From contig CAMQCZ010000001.1 in assembly GCA_946999385.1 (NCBI GenBank), positions 26,164 through 90,163 on the forward strand: a DNA stretch of 64,000 bases. Reading direction: 5' to 3'. Origin of the DNA: an uncultured Lachnoanaerobaculum sp. (GTDB lineage: Bacteria > Bacillota > Clostridia > Lachnospirales > Lachnospiraceae). The position numbers were made by a program, and so were the translations under genes. The first letter of the stretch is position 1, and each line of letters begins with the position of its first letter. Of this stretch, positions 50,813 to 61,305 are shown piece by piece. The notes under the pieces are model-generated. The model had not been told where the DNA came from. It worked only from the letters and a program-made list of their open reading frames with translations, and did no database searches.

Positions 50813-51260
50813 CTACTTCCTTATCCACAAAAGCACTTATATCACCCTTAAAAGCAGCAATCTCTTTTACTATACTTGAACTCAAATATGAATATTTCAA
50901 ATTAGTAGTAAAAAATACTGTTTCTATATCAGGTGCAATAACTTTATTAGTTTGAGATAATTGAAGCTCATATTCAAAATCTGTTATAGCTCTTAATCCT
51001 CTCACTATTACACTTGCATTTTTAATATGTGCAAAATCAATCAAGAGTCCTTCAAAAGAGCTTATTTCAACATTTTTCAAATGTTTTGTAACTTTTTCTA
51101 ACATTTTAACACGTTCATCAGTTGTAAACAATGGTGTTTTTTGACTATTATGTAAAACTCCTATTACCAATTTATCAAATGTCTTACTTGCCCTCTCTAT
51201 AATATCTAAATGTCCATTAGTAACAGGATCAAAGCTTCCGGGATATACCGCTATGCTCAT
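50763..51260 (-). CDS. coaD: Phosphopantetheine adenylyltransferase
   Basis: '[21 protein letters not shown]' is the canonical CoaD N-terminus. Confidence 0.9.
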   Translation of the reverse strand: MSIAVYPGSFDPVTNGHLDIIERASKTFDKLVIGVLHNSQKTPLFTTDERVKMLEKVTKHLKNVEISSFEGLLIDFAHIKNASVIVRGLRAITDFEYELQLSQTNKVIAPDIETVFFTTNLKYSYLSSSIVKEIAAFKGDISAFVDKEVVENINNKVRKVQENGI

Positions 51261-51817
51261 CTTCCCCTCCTTATAAAAATATGTTTATTACTTTTATAAT
51301 TTTTTTCTCTAATTATTTCAAAACCAATATCAATAATCCAATTAATATCATTTTCTATAGCCATCTCAATTATAATTAATGTCGTATCTGAAATCAATTC
51401 CAAAGCTTTTAAATATTCTAAAACTTCTTTTTCAAGCCCTTTATTATATGGAGGATCCATAAATACAATATCAAAGCTTTGCTTAAATTTATTTGAAATT
51501 TTTTTTAATGAATATTTTATATCATTAGTAAAAATCTCGCTTTTATCAGTAAATTTTGTATTCAAAATATTTTTTTGTATACATGATATTGCACTTTTAT
51601 CAGATTCTACAAAAACACAATATTTTGCTCCCCTACTTAAAGCTTCTATACCTATTGCACCACTTCCGGCAAATAAATCCAAAAAATAGGTATCATATAA
51701 TTGAAAATTTAATATATTAAACAATGTTTCCTTTATTTTATCAGTAGTAGGTCTTGTATTATCTCCCTTTGGGGAAATAAGCTTTAAGCTTCTTGCACTT
51801 CCTGAAATCACCCTCAT
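51257..51817 (-). CDS. rsmD: 16S rRNA (guanine966-N2)-methyltransferase
   Basis: '[19 protein letters not shown]' and 'DPPY' motifs. Confidence 0.85.
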   Translation of the reverse strand: MRVISGSARSLKLISPKGDNTRPTTDKIKETLFNILNFQLYDTYFLDLFAGSGAIGIEALSRGAKYCVFVESDKSAISCIQKNILNTKFTDKSEIFTNDIKYSLKKISNKFKQSFDIVFMDPPYNKGLEKEVLEYLKALELISDTTLIIIEMAIENDINWIIDIGFEIIREKNYKSNKHIFIRRGR

Positions 51818-53479
51818 TTATTTTATTCTCCCGGGTCCATCTACAATAGGTCCTGTTTCTACTTCCAAGCCAAGTCCCGGCCCCTTTGTATCCGGTGTAG
51901 GATTGTCAGGTCCCTTTGTTGTCTCTTTTTCCTTTATAATTTCAGAGCTTTGAATATGCTCCTTGCTATCTGTAATAGTAGTTTCTACAGTAGTAATTTC
52001 TACTTTTTGAGGTGCTTTTACCTCTTTGGACTTTCTTTCAGTTCCTGCTAATTTATAACATATAATAGGAAATCCTGCTTTTATATTTTCAAATAATATT
52101 TTTGCATTTTCAGGTGGCATATTTATACAGCCATGACTACCATTAGTTTTATATATATCCCCACCAAAATTTGACCTCCACTTAGCATCATGAAAGCCTA
52201 TATTATTATTAAATGGCATCCAATAATTTACAGGGGTTCTATAATTTTCACCCTTTAAAATAGCATCTCTTTGCTTATAACTCAAAGCATATATTCCACT
52301 CGGAGTGGTATAATTTTTACTAATGTTTCCCGAAACAAAATCACTCTCAAACAGCTTCTTTCCATCCTTATAAAGAAAAAGATGCTGTGCTGTCAAATTA
52401 ACTTCAACATATGAATTTCCATAATCATTCTTCTCATTTTTAGCAGCTTTTTTTGAAAATGCCGGCTCTCTCATAACATTTGATCCGCTTTTAATAATTT
52501 CCTTAATTTCACTTGCTTCTTTAGCTTTATCCACCTTAAATCCATAATTGCCGGCAGGAACCTTAACTATAGCATTATTATAGCTGGTTTTAAAATCTCT
52601 TATTTTATCTATAGTATTATATGAATTGGCAATAGTATTAACATAATTAGCAAGCTTTTCTTCATTTAAGCTCACATTAAAATCATTATCAATAACAATC
52701 CAATCACTGATTGTATCAGAATCAAGTACAGGTACTTTTTCATAGCTTATAGTTGACTTAATATAAGTATTTGCAATTTCAATAGCCTTTAATATTTTTT
52801 CACTCTTACTTTCTACATCAGCTTTTTTATAAACATCAGATTTATCTAAATCATATTCATATAAAAATTGTAATATAGCTTTTTTTATACCTTCCTTTGT
52901 TTTTTCTATATCTAATTCTGTTCCTTTGGTTTCAGGTATAATATCATATTTTTTTTCTTGCTTATTATACTCTATTCTTGCTGATATCGGTTTAATAAAT
53001 TTCTCTTTATCAAATATATCTAAGCTTGATATATTTTTTTCGAATTTATCTTCATCAAGCTTAGCTAAAGTGTCAATATTAAACTCTTGTTTTACAAATA
53101 TATATTTAATCCAAGTATATATTTTCTGATTATCTAATAATTTATTTATTTCTTCATTGGCATCTATTCTCAAGCCAACCAAATCCGAATTTATTAATAT
53201 TTCTCCTGAACGTGTTTTTAAATGTAATATATATTTATTATTTGCTTCATTAATAAGCTCTTCTACCTGTAAAATATTCTTTTTTGATACATCTATACCA
53301 TTTAATCTGGTATTAGGAAAAAACACCTTCTTATATTGATTTGCATTAACTATATAAAAAACAAATAATATTATAAATAAAAAAACTATTGCGAAAATAC
53401 AATAATTGAATTTACTTTTAACTTTTTTTCTGGAACGTGTCGTGCCTACCATACCGGATTTATTACTTATGCTACTCAA
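51818..53479 (-). CDS. L,D-transpeptidase with an N-terminal VanW-like region and an N-terminal membrane anchor
   Basis: The C-terminal YkuD catalytic domain has 'GFHDAKWR...GSHGCINMP' (catalytic Cys). Confidence 0.7.
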   Translation of the reverse strand: MSSISNKSGMVGTTRSRKKVKSKFNYCIFAIVFLFIILFVFYIVNANQYKKVFFPNTRLNGIDVSKKNILQVEELINEANNKYILHLKTRSGEILINSDLVGLRIDANEEINKLLDNQKIYTWIKYIFVKQEFNIDTLAKLDEDKFEKNISSLDIFDKEKFIKPISARIEYNKQEKKYDIIPETKGTELDIEKTKEGIKKAILQFLYEYDLDKSDVYKKADVESKSEKILKAIEIANTYIKSTISYEKVPVLDSDTISDWIVIDNDFNVSLNEEKLANYVNTIANSYNTIDKIRDFKTSYNNAIVKVPAGNYGFKVDKAKEASEIKEIIKSGSNVMREPAFSKKAAKNEKNDYGNSYVEVNLTAQHLFLYKDGKKLFESDFVSGNISKNYTTPSGIYALSYKQRDAILKGENYRTPVNYWMPFNNNIGFHDAKWRSNFGGDIYKTNGSHGCINMPPENAKILFENIKAGFPIICYKLAGTERKSKEVKAPQKVEITTVETTITDSKEHIQSSEIIKEKETTKGPDNPTPDTKGPGLGLEVETGPIVDGPGRIK

Positions 53480-53606
53480 TTTACTTATCCTTCCAATATA
53501 AATTTGTCTTATCTATTGTCATAATAAATATAATATTTTGAAAATCATTTATATAAATGATAAAATCATTATATAAATATATCAAGCATTAAGCTTACTT
53601 TCAAGA

Positions 53607-55661
53607 CTATAATGTCAGTTTTTTATAACTTTTATAATTATACTCTATTAATTTTTTCTCAAATAATATTTTTTCATCATCATTCAAATGAAATTTTTTT
53701 AACTCCTCACTAATATTAATAAGCATTTTTGAATCATTATATATATCAGCTAATCCAAAATCAAATTCTCCGCTTTGTGCCATACCAAACAATTCACCTG
53801 CACCCCTTAATTTCATATCCTCATTTGCTATATAAAAGCCGTCATTACTATTTCCCACTATATCAAGACGTTTTTTTGCATTATCCGAATCTGAAGTTAA
53901 TACAAAAATACAATATGCCTGTATATTGCTTCTTCCTACTCTTCCCCTTAATTGATGCAAGGCTGCAAGTCCAAAACGTTGTGCATCTTCTATTAAAATA
54001 ACACTTGCATTTTTCACATCTACTCCTACTTCAATAACAGTAGTAGAAACCAAAATATCAATTCTTCCTTCTGAAAATTCTTGCATTATCTCATTTTTTC
54101 TTTTATCCTTAAGCTTACCATGCAAAAATTCTATTTTATATTTATCCGGAAAATAAGTACGTAAAATATCAGTATAAGAAATAACATCACAAGCTTTTAT
54201 ATTTTCACTTTCTTCAACCATTGAGCAAATAACATAAGCCTGATGTCCTTTTTCAAGCTCTTTTAAAATATGCTTATAAGCCTTAAATCTATCATCTTTT
54301 TTTATTATCGCATTTTTAATAGGAATTCTTCCTACAGGTTTAGTATCAACTATTGATATATCCATATCTCCATATATTATTATTCCTAATGTTCTTGGAA
54401 TAGGAGTTGCACTCATAACTATTACATGTGGATAATCACCTTTCAAGCTCAAGTCCTGCCTTTGTTTTACTCCAAATCTATGTTGTTCATCTATTATAAC
54501 CAAGGCTAAATTTTTATATTTACTCTCTTTTGTAATCAAAGCATGAGTACCTATAACAATATCTATCTGAGCTGTTTCAAGACCCTTATATACATCTAAA
54601 TGTTGCTTTTTTGTCATTGAGCCTGTAAGTAATGCAAGTCTTGGAGGCTTTTCAAGTCTCGAAAATAATTTGTTTAAATTTTCATAATGCTGTCTTGCCA
54701 AAACTTCTGTAGGTACCATTATAAGTGATTGATAATTATTTTTATAGCAGGCATACATAGCAAACACACTTATAATAGTCTTTCCACAACCAACATCTCC
54801 CTGTATAAGCCTATTCATAACATTCCCTGAATTCATATCAAAAAGCAAAGTATTAATAACAGATTTTTGAGATTCACTTAATTTAAATCCCAAAATATTT
54901 TCCAACTCTTTATATTCACTGTCAGTAAATTTTATTAAATATTTTGATTTTAATCTAATATGCTCATCTCTCAATAATTTTATATTGTAAAGAAATTGAA
55001 AAAGTTCATCAAAAACTATTCTTTCTCTGGCTTTTTCAATTTCTTCATATGATTCAGGAAAATGTATAGCTTTTATAGCTTTTTTATAAGAAAAAAGATT
55101 GTACTTTTTTATAATATAAGCAGGAAGATACTCATATACATCATCTTCTTCAAGACTATCTATTGCAATATTTATATTTTTTGATAACATATTATTGCTA
55201 ATCCCCTTTGTAAGTGGATATATAGCTTGTAATGTATTTATTATCTTATAATAATCCTTAATAATATACACCTTAGGATGCTCTAATATAAATACTCCCC
55301 TTTTATTTACAATATTTCCTATAAATATATATTTTTCATATAATTTCAAGCTATTAGATATATATGTTGAATTATACCACTCCACTTCTATATTATCAGT
55401 TGAATCCATTAATATAGTGCTTGTAATCTTCAATTTTTTTGTAAATTTATTTAAGAATGGCTTTATAATTTGCCCACAAATAATAGCTTGTTTATCATTT
55501 TCCAATTTACATTGTGATATATATCGTTCTTTTTCAAATTTTATATATCTAAGTGGATAATGCGAAATCAAATCTTCTATTTTATATATTCCTAATTTTT
55601 CAAATATTTTTTTTGTCTTTGGACCTATGCCCTTTAATTTACTTATGTCTTGTTCTTTCAT
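53607..55661 (-). CDS. recG: ATP-dependent DNA helicase RecG
   Basis: 684 aa with an N-terminal wedge domain, helicase motif I 'GDVGCGKT' and a DEQH box. Confidence 0.9.
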   Translation of the reverse strand: MKEQDISKLKGIGPKTKKIFEKLGIYKIEDLISHYPLRYIKFEKERYISQCKLENDKQAIICGQIIKPFLNKFTKKLKITSTILMDSTDNIEVEWYNSTYISNSLKLYEKYIFIGNIVNKRGVFILEHPKVYIIKDYYKIINTLQAIYPLTKGISNNMLSKNINIAIDSLEEDDVYEYLPAYIIKKYNLFSYKKAIKAIHFPESYEEIEKARERIVFDELFQFLYNIKLLRDEHIRLKSKYLIKFTDSEYKELENILGFKLSESQKSVINTLLFDMNSGNVMNRLIQGDVGCGKTIISVFAMYACYKNNYQSLIMVPTEVLARQHYENLNKLFSRLEKPPRLALLTGSMTKKQHLDVYKGLETAQIDIVIGTHALITKESKYKNLALVIIDEQHRFGVKQRQDLSLKGDYPHVIVMSATPIPRTLGIIIYGDMDISIVDTKPVGRIPIKNAIIKKDDRFKAYKHILKELEKGHQAYVICSMVEESENIKACDVISYTDILRTYFPDKYKIEFLHGKLKDKRKNEIMQEFSEGRIDILVSTTVIEVGVDVKNASVILIEDAQRFGLAALHQLRGRVGRSNIQAYCIFVLTSDSDNAKKRLDIVGNSNDGFYIANEDMKLRGAGELFGMAQSGEFDFGLADIYNDSKMLINISEELKKFHLNDDEKILFEKKLIEYNYKSYKKLTL

Positions 55662-55704
55662 ATTAAAAATATTAAGGCAATCATATAGATTGCCTTTTCC
55701 TAAT

Positions 55705-57387
55705 TTATTCTACAGATATTATATAATAATATACAGCCTGTCCACCATATTGTAATTCAATATCTAAATCCTTAAATTTTTCTTTTAATCTTGAAAGCAA
55801 AATATTTGCTTCTTCTTCCTTAATATCAGCTCCATAATAAATACTTATCAATTCACTATTTTCATCAATTAATTTTTCTAAGCCACAAATAGTAGTATCA
55901 AGTTTATTTTTACCCACTGCCAACATGGATGAATCTCCTATAGCCATAATATCTCCATTTGATATTTCAAATCCATCTATATTGGTATCTCTTATAGAAT
56001 ATGTTACAGATAAAGTTTTTACATTTTCTATTTCTTCAAGCATTGAGTTTAAATTTTCCTCATCACTTTGCTCAGGTACATAATTTATAATTGCACTAAT
56101 ACCTTGAGGTATATTTTTGGTAGGAATAACTATAATCTTTTTATCTGTACATATTTCAGCAGCCTGATTTGCAGCTAAAATTATATTTTTATTATTTGGC
56201 AAAAGATATATCTTTTTTGCATTTACTTGCTTTATTCCATCTAGTATATCTTCCGTACTTGGATTCATTGTTTGACCACCTTCTATAATATAATCAACTC
56301 CCAAGCCTTCAAAAATTTCTTTAAGACCGGCACCTACCAAAACTGAAATAAAACCAACCTCTTTAAGCTCCTTATTTTTAGATTTTTCTACTCTTTCTTT
56401 TGCTTGTATTTTTGCCAAATTAAGAGAATCCTTTATAAGCCTTTCTTCATGCTCTTCTCTCATATTATCTATTTTTATTCTTGATAATGAACCATAGCTT
56501 AAAGCTTTTTGCAAAGCCAGACCCGGATCATTGGTATGAACATGAATTTTTATAAGCTGCGGATCAGCTACACAAACAATAGAATCTCCTATACTCTCTA
56601 AAAAATCCTTTAGCTTATCTTCTTCAATTTCATCGACTTCTTTTTCTAAATTAATTATAAATTCTGTACAATATCCAAATTTAATATCAGCTGTATCTAT
56701 ATTTTCTATATCTACATCAATATTTGCAATATTTGGTTTTGTAATTTCTCCTAAGCTTAGATCAAGTTCTTCTCCCTTCAAAAAAGCTCTGATACCTCTT
56801 AAAATTTGCATCAAGCCCTGTCCACCCGAATCAACAACACCGGCTTGCTTTAAAACAGGTAATATATCAGGTGTGGTAGAAAGAACATATTCTCCATGTT
56901 CAACAATAATGTCTGCAAATTCAACTATATCCTCAACCTCATCAACTATTTCTATTGCCTTATCACTTATACCCTTTGCAACTGTTAATATAGTACCTTC
57001 TTTAGGCTTCATAACTGCTTTATATGCAGTTTCAGTAGCTTTTACAAATGCTCTTGCAAGTACATTTGTATCTAAAAGCTTTTCCGAGCTTACCACTCTT
57101 GTAAAACCCCTTAATAGTTGTGATAATATTACTCCCGAATTTCCTCTTGCACCTCTTAACGAGCCTGAAGAAATAGCTTTGCATATATTTTCAAAATTTA
57201 TATCTTGTACTCCTGCTACCTCTTTAGCTGCAGACATAATAGTCATTGTCATATTAGTTCCTGTATCTCCATCAGGTACAGGAAATACATTAAGTTCATT
57301 AATCCATTCTTTTTTAGCTTCTAAGCTTTTCGCACCGGCAATAAATGCTTGTTTAAGCATAATTGCATCAATCTGTTTTAGTTTCAC
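55705..57387 (-). CDS. yloV: DAK2 domain fusion protein YloV
   Basis: 560 aa with a Dak phosphatase domain (DGDTGTNM). Conserved asp23-yloV-recG context. Confidence 0.85.
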   Translation of the reverse strand: MKLKQIDAIMLKQAFIAGAKSLEAKKEWINELNVFPVPDGDTGTNMTMTIMSAAKEVAGVQDINFENICKAISSGSLRGARGNSGVILSQLLRGFTRVVSSEKLLDTNVLARAFVKATETAYKAVMKPKEGTILTVAKGISDKAIEIVDEVEDIVEFADIIVEHGEYVLSTTPDILPVLKQAGVVDSGGQGLMQILRGIRAFLKGEELDLSLGEITKPNIANIDVDIENIDTADIKFGYCTEFIINLEKEVDEIEEDKLKDFLESIGDSIVCVADPQLIKIHVHTNDPGLALQKALSYGSLSRIKIDNMREEHEERLIKDSLNLAKIQAKERVEKSKNKELKEVGFISVLVGAGLKEIFEGLGVDYIIEGGQTMNPSTEDILDGIKQVNAKKIYLLPNNKNIILAANQAAEICTDKKIIVIPTKNIPQGISAIINYVPEQSDEENLNSMLEEIENVKTLSVTYSIRDTNIDGFEISNGDIMAIGDSSMLAVGKNKLDTTICGLEKLIDENSELISIYYGADIKEEEANILLSRLKEKFKDLDIELQYGGQAVYYYIISVE

Positions 57388-57406
57388 AGATTATATCCTC
57401 CTTAGT

Positions 57407-57775
57407 TTAGTCTATAACTCTTACACCCTCAACATATACATTTATATTTTTCACTTGCATATTTGTAAAGGCCTCTACTTTGTATTTTACACTTTCAATA
57501 AGATTATCACAAACCACCTTTATACTAACCCCATATGAAACAATCACATGAAAGTCTATATCTATCTTATTATCCTTAATTTCAACCTTAATACCCTTGG
57601 TTAAATTATCTCTCCTTAATAACTTCACTATGCCATCTCTCACACTAAGTGTTGCCATACCAACTATACCGAAGCATTCAACTGCTTGTGAACCTGCATA
57701 TAAAGCCACAACCTCAGGATTTACTACAACATCTCCTAAAGAATTGCTGATAATACCTTTGTTCATATTTTTCAC
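57407..57775 (-). CDS. Asp23/Gls24 family envelope stress protein (YloU-like)
   Basis: 122 aa. Position upstream of yloV and composition are typical. Confidence 0.8.
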   Translation of the reverse strand: MKNMNKGIISNSLGDVVVNPEVVALYAGSQAVECFGIVGMATLSVRDGIVKLLRRDNLTKGIKVEIKDNKIDIDFHVIVSYGVSIKVVCDNLIESVKYKVEAFTNMQVKNINVYVEGVRVID

Positions 57776-57984
57776 CTCCGTGAGTCTTATACATTTATTT
57801 ATGCTTAAGTATAACCTATTTAATTAAAAATTACTAGATTTATTTATTTTATACTTGCAATTATTATATTATTTTGTTATCATACATACGTTATGGATTT
57901 TTCTTTTGAAAATATTATATTATTTTATTTTAAAATATTTTTAGATTATCATAAAATCCACTTTGCATTTAAGGAGGTGTAACT

Positions 57985-58170
57985 ATGGCAAAATGTGCAA
58001 TTTGCGAAAAAGCTGCTCATTTCGGTAATGCTGTCAGCCACTCACATAGAAGATCTAACAAAATGTGGAAAGCAAATGTTAAATCTGTAAGAGTAAAAAC
58101 AGAAGGCGGTTCTAAAAAGATGTATATATGTACATCATGTTTACGTTCTAACTTGGTTGAGCGTGCATAA
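57985..58170 (+). CDS. rpmB: 50S ribosomal protein L28
   Basis: MAKCAICEKAAHFGNAVSHSHRRSNKMWKANV... is the canonical L28. Confidence 0.9.
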   Translation: MAKCAICEKAAHFGNAVSHSHRRSNKMWKANVKSVRVKTEGGSKKMYICTSCLRSNLVERA

Positions 58171-58201
58171 TTAATTTAAGCTAAGAATCATTATACGGTC
58201 G

Positions 58202-58230
58202 ATACTTGCTTTTTGTTATTAATTTGTTAT
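58202..58230 (+). repeat. 29-nt near-identical repeat, copy 2 (copy 1 at 1983..2011)
   Basis: See copy 1. It sits between the rpmB stop and the terminator. Confidence 0.5.
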
Positions 58231-58249
58231 CAAATTCAGATAAAATAAA

Positions 58250-58280
58250 TAAAAACATCCTTATTAACAAAGGATGTTTT
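58250..58280. terminator. Bidirectional rho-independent terminator (rpmB / ytfJ)
   Basis: AAAAACATCCTT-ATTAAC-AAAGGATGTTTTT. Confidence 0.65.
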
Positions 58281-58324
58281 TATTTATTTTAAGTCAATAT
58301 TTTTTTAAACGTAGCATTAAATAT

Positions 58325-58726
58325 CTAATTTTTTTTATGTTTATTATTTATATTTTTAGCTATATCAATATTTTTCTTACTAATCTCTTTATCAGCACTG
58401 AATTTATTGACTATATCAGGAACAAGATCAAGCACCTTAGTTATAGGATCTTGAGCTTTTATATTTACAAGCTTTGTAACTCCATTTTGTATAATCAGCA
58501 CTGCACTTGGACTAAGCTTAGTGCTCATTCCACCACCGCCATTATTTTTGGCATTTTCATAAAAAGCTCCGGCTGCTATACCGCAACTTATATCTACTAA
58601 AGGAATAATTATAGTATCGTCAACCTTTGTAGGCTCCCCAACTACAGTTTTTGCACTTACCAAGGTATCCAAACCTTTAAACATACTTTCTATAGAATTT
58701 ATTATTGAATTATCTTTTTCTGACAT
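58325..58726 (-). CDS. ytfJ: Sporulation protein YtfJ (GerW family)
   Basis: 133 aa. 'VVGEPTKVDDTIIIPLVDISCGIAAG...NNGGGG' matches GerW/YtfJ. Confidence 0.75.
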   Translation of the reverse strand: MSEKDNSIINSIESMFKGLDTLVSAKTVVGEPTKVDDTIIIPLVDISCGIAAGAFYENAKNNGGGGMSTKLSPSAVLIIQNGVTKLVNIKAQDPITKVLDLVPDIVNKFSADKEISKKNIDIAKNINNKHKKN

Positions 58727-58740
58727 AAATACCCCTATTC

Positions 58741-59637
58741 TTAAAATAATTTTCGACTTTTATATAAATAATATAATCTTTTTATATCCTTATCAAAATA
58801 TAATATAAAAATATAATATAGTATATAGTATAGCCCTATTTTACCTCTCATATAAAGATCTATATCAATAATATTATATTCAAAAACCGGAATAAATTCT
58901 ATTTTTTTATAATATTTTGGTGGTATCAATGATATATATGAAACAAAATTAGCAGTTGTTGCAGGATCTTGCATTCCAAATATACATTTACCTTTCTTTT
59001 TATTAGGTAAAATATGTTTTATTATATTTCTTGAAATTTTAAATATTTTCTTTATAGCTATAATATTTCTCTTATCTCTAAAAGCCTTTTCTATTTTAAT
59101 CTTTTTTTTGATAACTTTTTTTAATATTTTTTGTGAATTTCTTATAATATTTTCTATTTTATAAAAAATTTGTTTTAATTTTTGTTTTAATTTTATTACT
59201 CTTATTTTTTTATTCTTACCGGAATTCAATCTATTATTTTTTTTAAATATTTTTTTATATGATATTTTTTTTTCATCTATACTTATATTCTTTATTTCTT
59301 TTTCAGCTTCTATAGCTTCATCTTCCTTAATATTGTCTTCAGCTTTAAATTCTTTATCACTATTGCTATTTTTATCATTTTTATCACTATTTAAAATATT
59401 AAATTTTATAAAATTTAATTTATATTCTAATTTTTCATCATATATAAGATAAAAATTGAATAAGCCTAAAATATATCCTGATTTTATATGTATCTTCAGC
59501 TTATCTTTATATAAAATATTTATTTTATAGGTAATAGAAGAAAAAATAATTATACAAAGCAAAATTAATATAAATAGAATTAAATATAATATAATCAAAA
59601 ATATGTATTTTATTATATTAAAAATTATTGCCGACAT
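58741..59637 (-). CDS. YtfI-like (DUF2953) sporulation-associated membrane protein
   Basis: 298 aa with an N-terminal TM helix, a Lys-rich middle and a 'GMQDPATTA' motif. It is adjacent to ytfJ, as in Bacillus ytfI-ytfJ. Confidence 0.45.
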   Translation of the reverse strand: MSAIIFNIIKYIFLIILYLILFILILLCIIIFSSITYKINILYKDKLKIHIKSGYILGLFNFYLIYDEKLEYKLNFIKFNILNSDKNDKNSNSDKEFKAEDNIKEDEAIEAEKEIKNISIDEKKISYKKIFKKNNRLNSGKNKKIRVIKLKQKLKQIFYKIENIIRNSQKILKKVIKKKIKIEKAFRDKRNIIAIKKIFKISRNIIKHILPNKKKGKCIFGMQDPATTANFVSYISLIPPKYYKKIEFIPVFEYNIIDIDLYMRGKIGLYYILYYIFILYFDKDIKRLYYLYKSRKLF

Positions 59638-59648
59638 TTTTTTCCTTT

Positions 59649-60005
59649 CTATTTATTATATTTTTTTCTTAAATATTGTTCATATTCAAAATTATGCTCT
59701 TTTATATAAACTTCATCAACTATATCCCTTACAAGCTCAAAGGCCTCATACTTAGTTATCGCAAATCCTACAATTAATATATTGTTTTTTTCTTTATTTT
59801 TTAATATTTTATCTATAAAGCTTCTTTTTTTATTATAAAAAATATTAAAAATAAATTGATTAACTATACAAAGCTTTGAATCTATTATACATATTATATA
59901 TAAAAAAGGAATAAAAGATCTTTTATTAATTGATTTTATCAGCTTAATCTTGTTATTTGAAGCTTTTTTACCGAAAAATAGTCTTTTATTCCATTCCATA
60001 TTCAC
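59649..60005 (-). CDS. Hypothetical small membrane protein
   Basis: 118 aa with 1-2 predicted TM helices. Confidence 0.3.
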   Translation of the reverse strand: MNMEWNKRLFFGKKASNNKIKLIKSINKRSFIPFLYIICIIDSKLCIVNQFIFNIFYNKKRSFIDKILKNKEKNNILIVGFAITKYEAFELVRDIVDEVYIKEHNFEYEQYLRKKYNK

Positions 60006-60011
60006 CTCTAA

Positions 60012-60755
60012 CTATAAATTTTTATCTAAAATACTTCTTCTCAATAAGTCTAGAGCCGCATTTACAGCCTGCTCTCTTATCTCTTTTCTTGTCCCTTTAA
60101 AAATATATTCATTAACCTTTACATCATTTTCAAAATAACAAGCAATATATACAAGACCTACAGGCTTTGTCGGTGTTCCTCCATCAGGTCCTGCTATACC
60201 TGTAATTGCTAATGAAGCATCTGAACCGGCGGCAAAAACGGCACCCATAGCCATTTCCTTTGCAGTTTGTTCACTAACTGCACCATACTTTTTCAAGGTT
60301 ACTTTACTAACATTTAAGGTTTTCCTTTTTGCTTTATTAGTATATGTTATAAATCCTTCTCTAAATACATCCGAAACACCCGGAACATCTATAAATCTTG
60401 CTGATAACATACCTCCTGTACAAGACTCGGCAGTAGCAATACTAATCTCATATTCCTCAAGTAATTTTACTACAGCCATTTCTAAGCTTATATCTTTTTT
60501 GGTAGAAAAAACTTTATCACCTAAAATTTTTTTAATTTCTTTATATATAGGCTTGATTTTTGCTTTGGCATCATCCTCTATATCACCACTGGCTGATAAT
60601 ATAATATCTATTTCCAAGTTGCTTAAATCTTTTATAGAAATATCAACTTCATCATTTGATAAAAGATGAGATATATCCTGTTTTAATTTTTCAAGATTTA
60701 TTCCATAGCATTTTATAGTTTTATATCTTGTTACAAGTGCTTGATTCATAATCAT
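60012..60755 (-). CDS. cinA: CinA-family protein (C-terminal PncC-like nicotinamide-nucleotide amidohydrolase domain)
   Basis: 'ISIATAESCTGGMLSARF' and 'ITGIAGPDGGT' are CinA C-domain signatures. It lies downstream of pgsA, as in Bacillus. Confidence 0.7.
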   Translation of the reverse strand: MIMNQALVTRYKTIKCYGINLEKLKQDISHLLSNDEVDISIKDLSNLEIDIILSASGDIEDDAKAKIKPIYKEIKKILGDKVFSTKKDISLEMAVVKLLEEYEISIATAESCTGGMLSARFIDVPGVSDVFREGFITYTNKAKRKTLNVSKVTLKKYGAVSEQTAKEMAMGAVFAAGSDASLAITGIAGPDGGTPTKPVGLVYIACYFENDVKVNEYIFKGTRKEIREQAVNAALDLLRRSILDKNL

Positions 60756-60762
60756 TCTCCTC

Positions 60763-61305
60763 TTAAAGCTTTTTTTTAGTTATTACCTTATAATTTTTAC
60801 AAATATAATCTATTAATGACACAACTGTTAATATAAGCATTAAATAAATAGAAATTTGTGTTAATATATTAAAAAAGTTTAATTTTAATAATATAAGTAT
60901 AACTGATATCATTTGAACAATAGTCTTGATTTTACCCCATTTACTTGCAGCTATTACTATTCCTAAATCACTTGCTACCAATCTAAATCCACTTATAATA
61001 AATTCTCTTGCTATAATAATCAATACTATCCACGCAGAAATCCATTTAAGTTCAATAAAGCATATAAGTGCCGAGCATACTAAAAGCTTATCTGCAAGCG
61101 GATCCATAAATTTACCAAAATTTGTTATTAAATTATATTTCCTTGCTATATATCCATCTAATGCATCTGTCAAGGCTGCTAAAATAAATATAAGCAAAGC
61201 TATCATTCTTAATTTATAATTTTCACCATTTTGTAATAATAAAAATATTACAAATAAAGGAATCATAAAAACTCTTAATATAGTCAATTTATTGGGTAAA
61301 TTCAT
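60763..61305 (-). CDS. pgsA: CDP-diacylglycerol--glycerol-3-phosphate 3-phosphatidyltransferase
   Basis: CDP-alcohol phosphatidyltransferase motif 'DALDGYIARK...G...DPLADK'. Confidence 0.85.
   Translation of the reverse strand: MNLPNKLTILRVFMIPLFVIFLLLQNGENYKLRMIALLIFILAALTDALDGYIARKYNLITNFGKFMDPLADKLLVCSALICFIELKWISAWIVLIIIAREFIISGFRLVASDLGIVIAASKWGKIKTIVQMISVILILLKLNFFNILTQISIYLMLILTVVSLIDYICKNYKVITKKKL

Noticed and set aside
56873-57538. 221-aa plus-strand ORF antisense to yloV
   Set aside because: Low-complexity Ser/Thr/Ile-rich translation lying entirely inside the strongly supported yloV CDS on the opposite strand. It is a typical antisense artefact.
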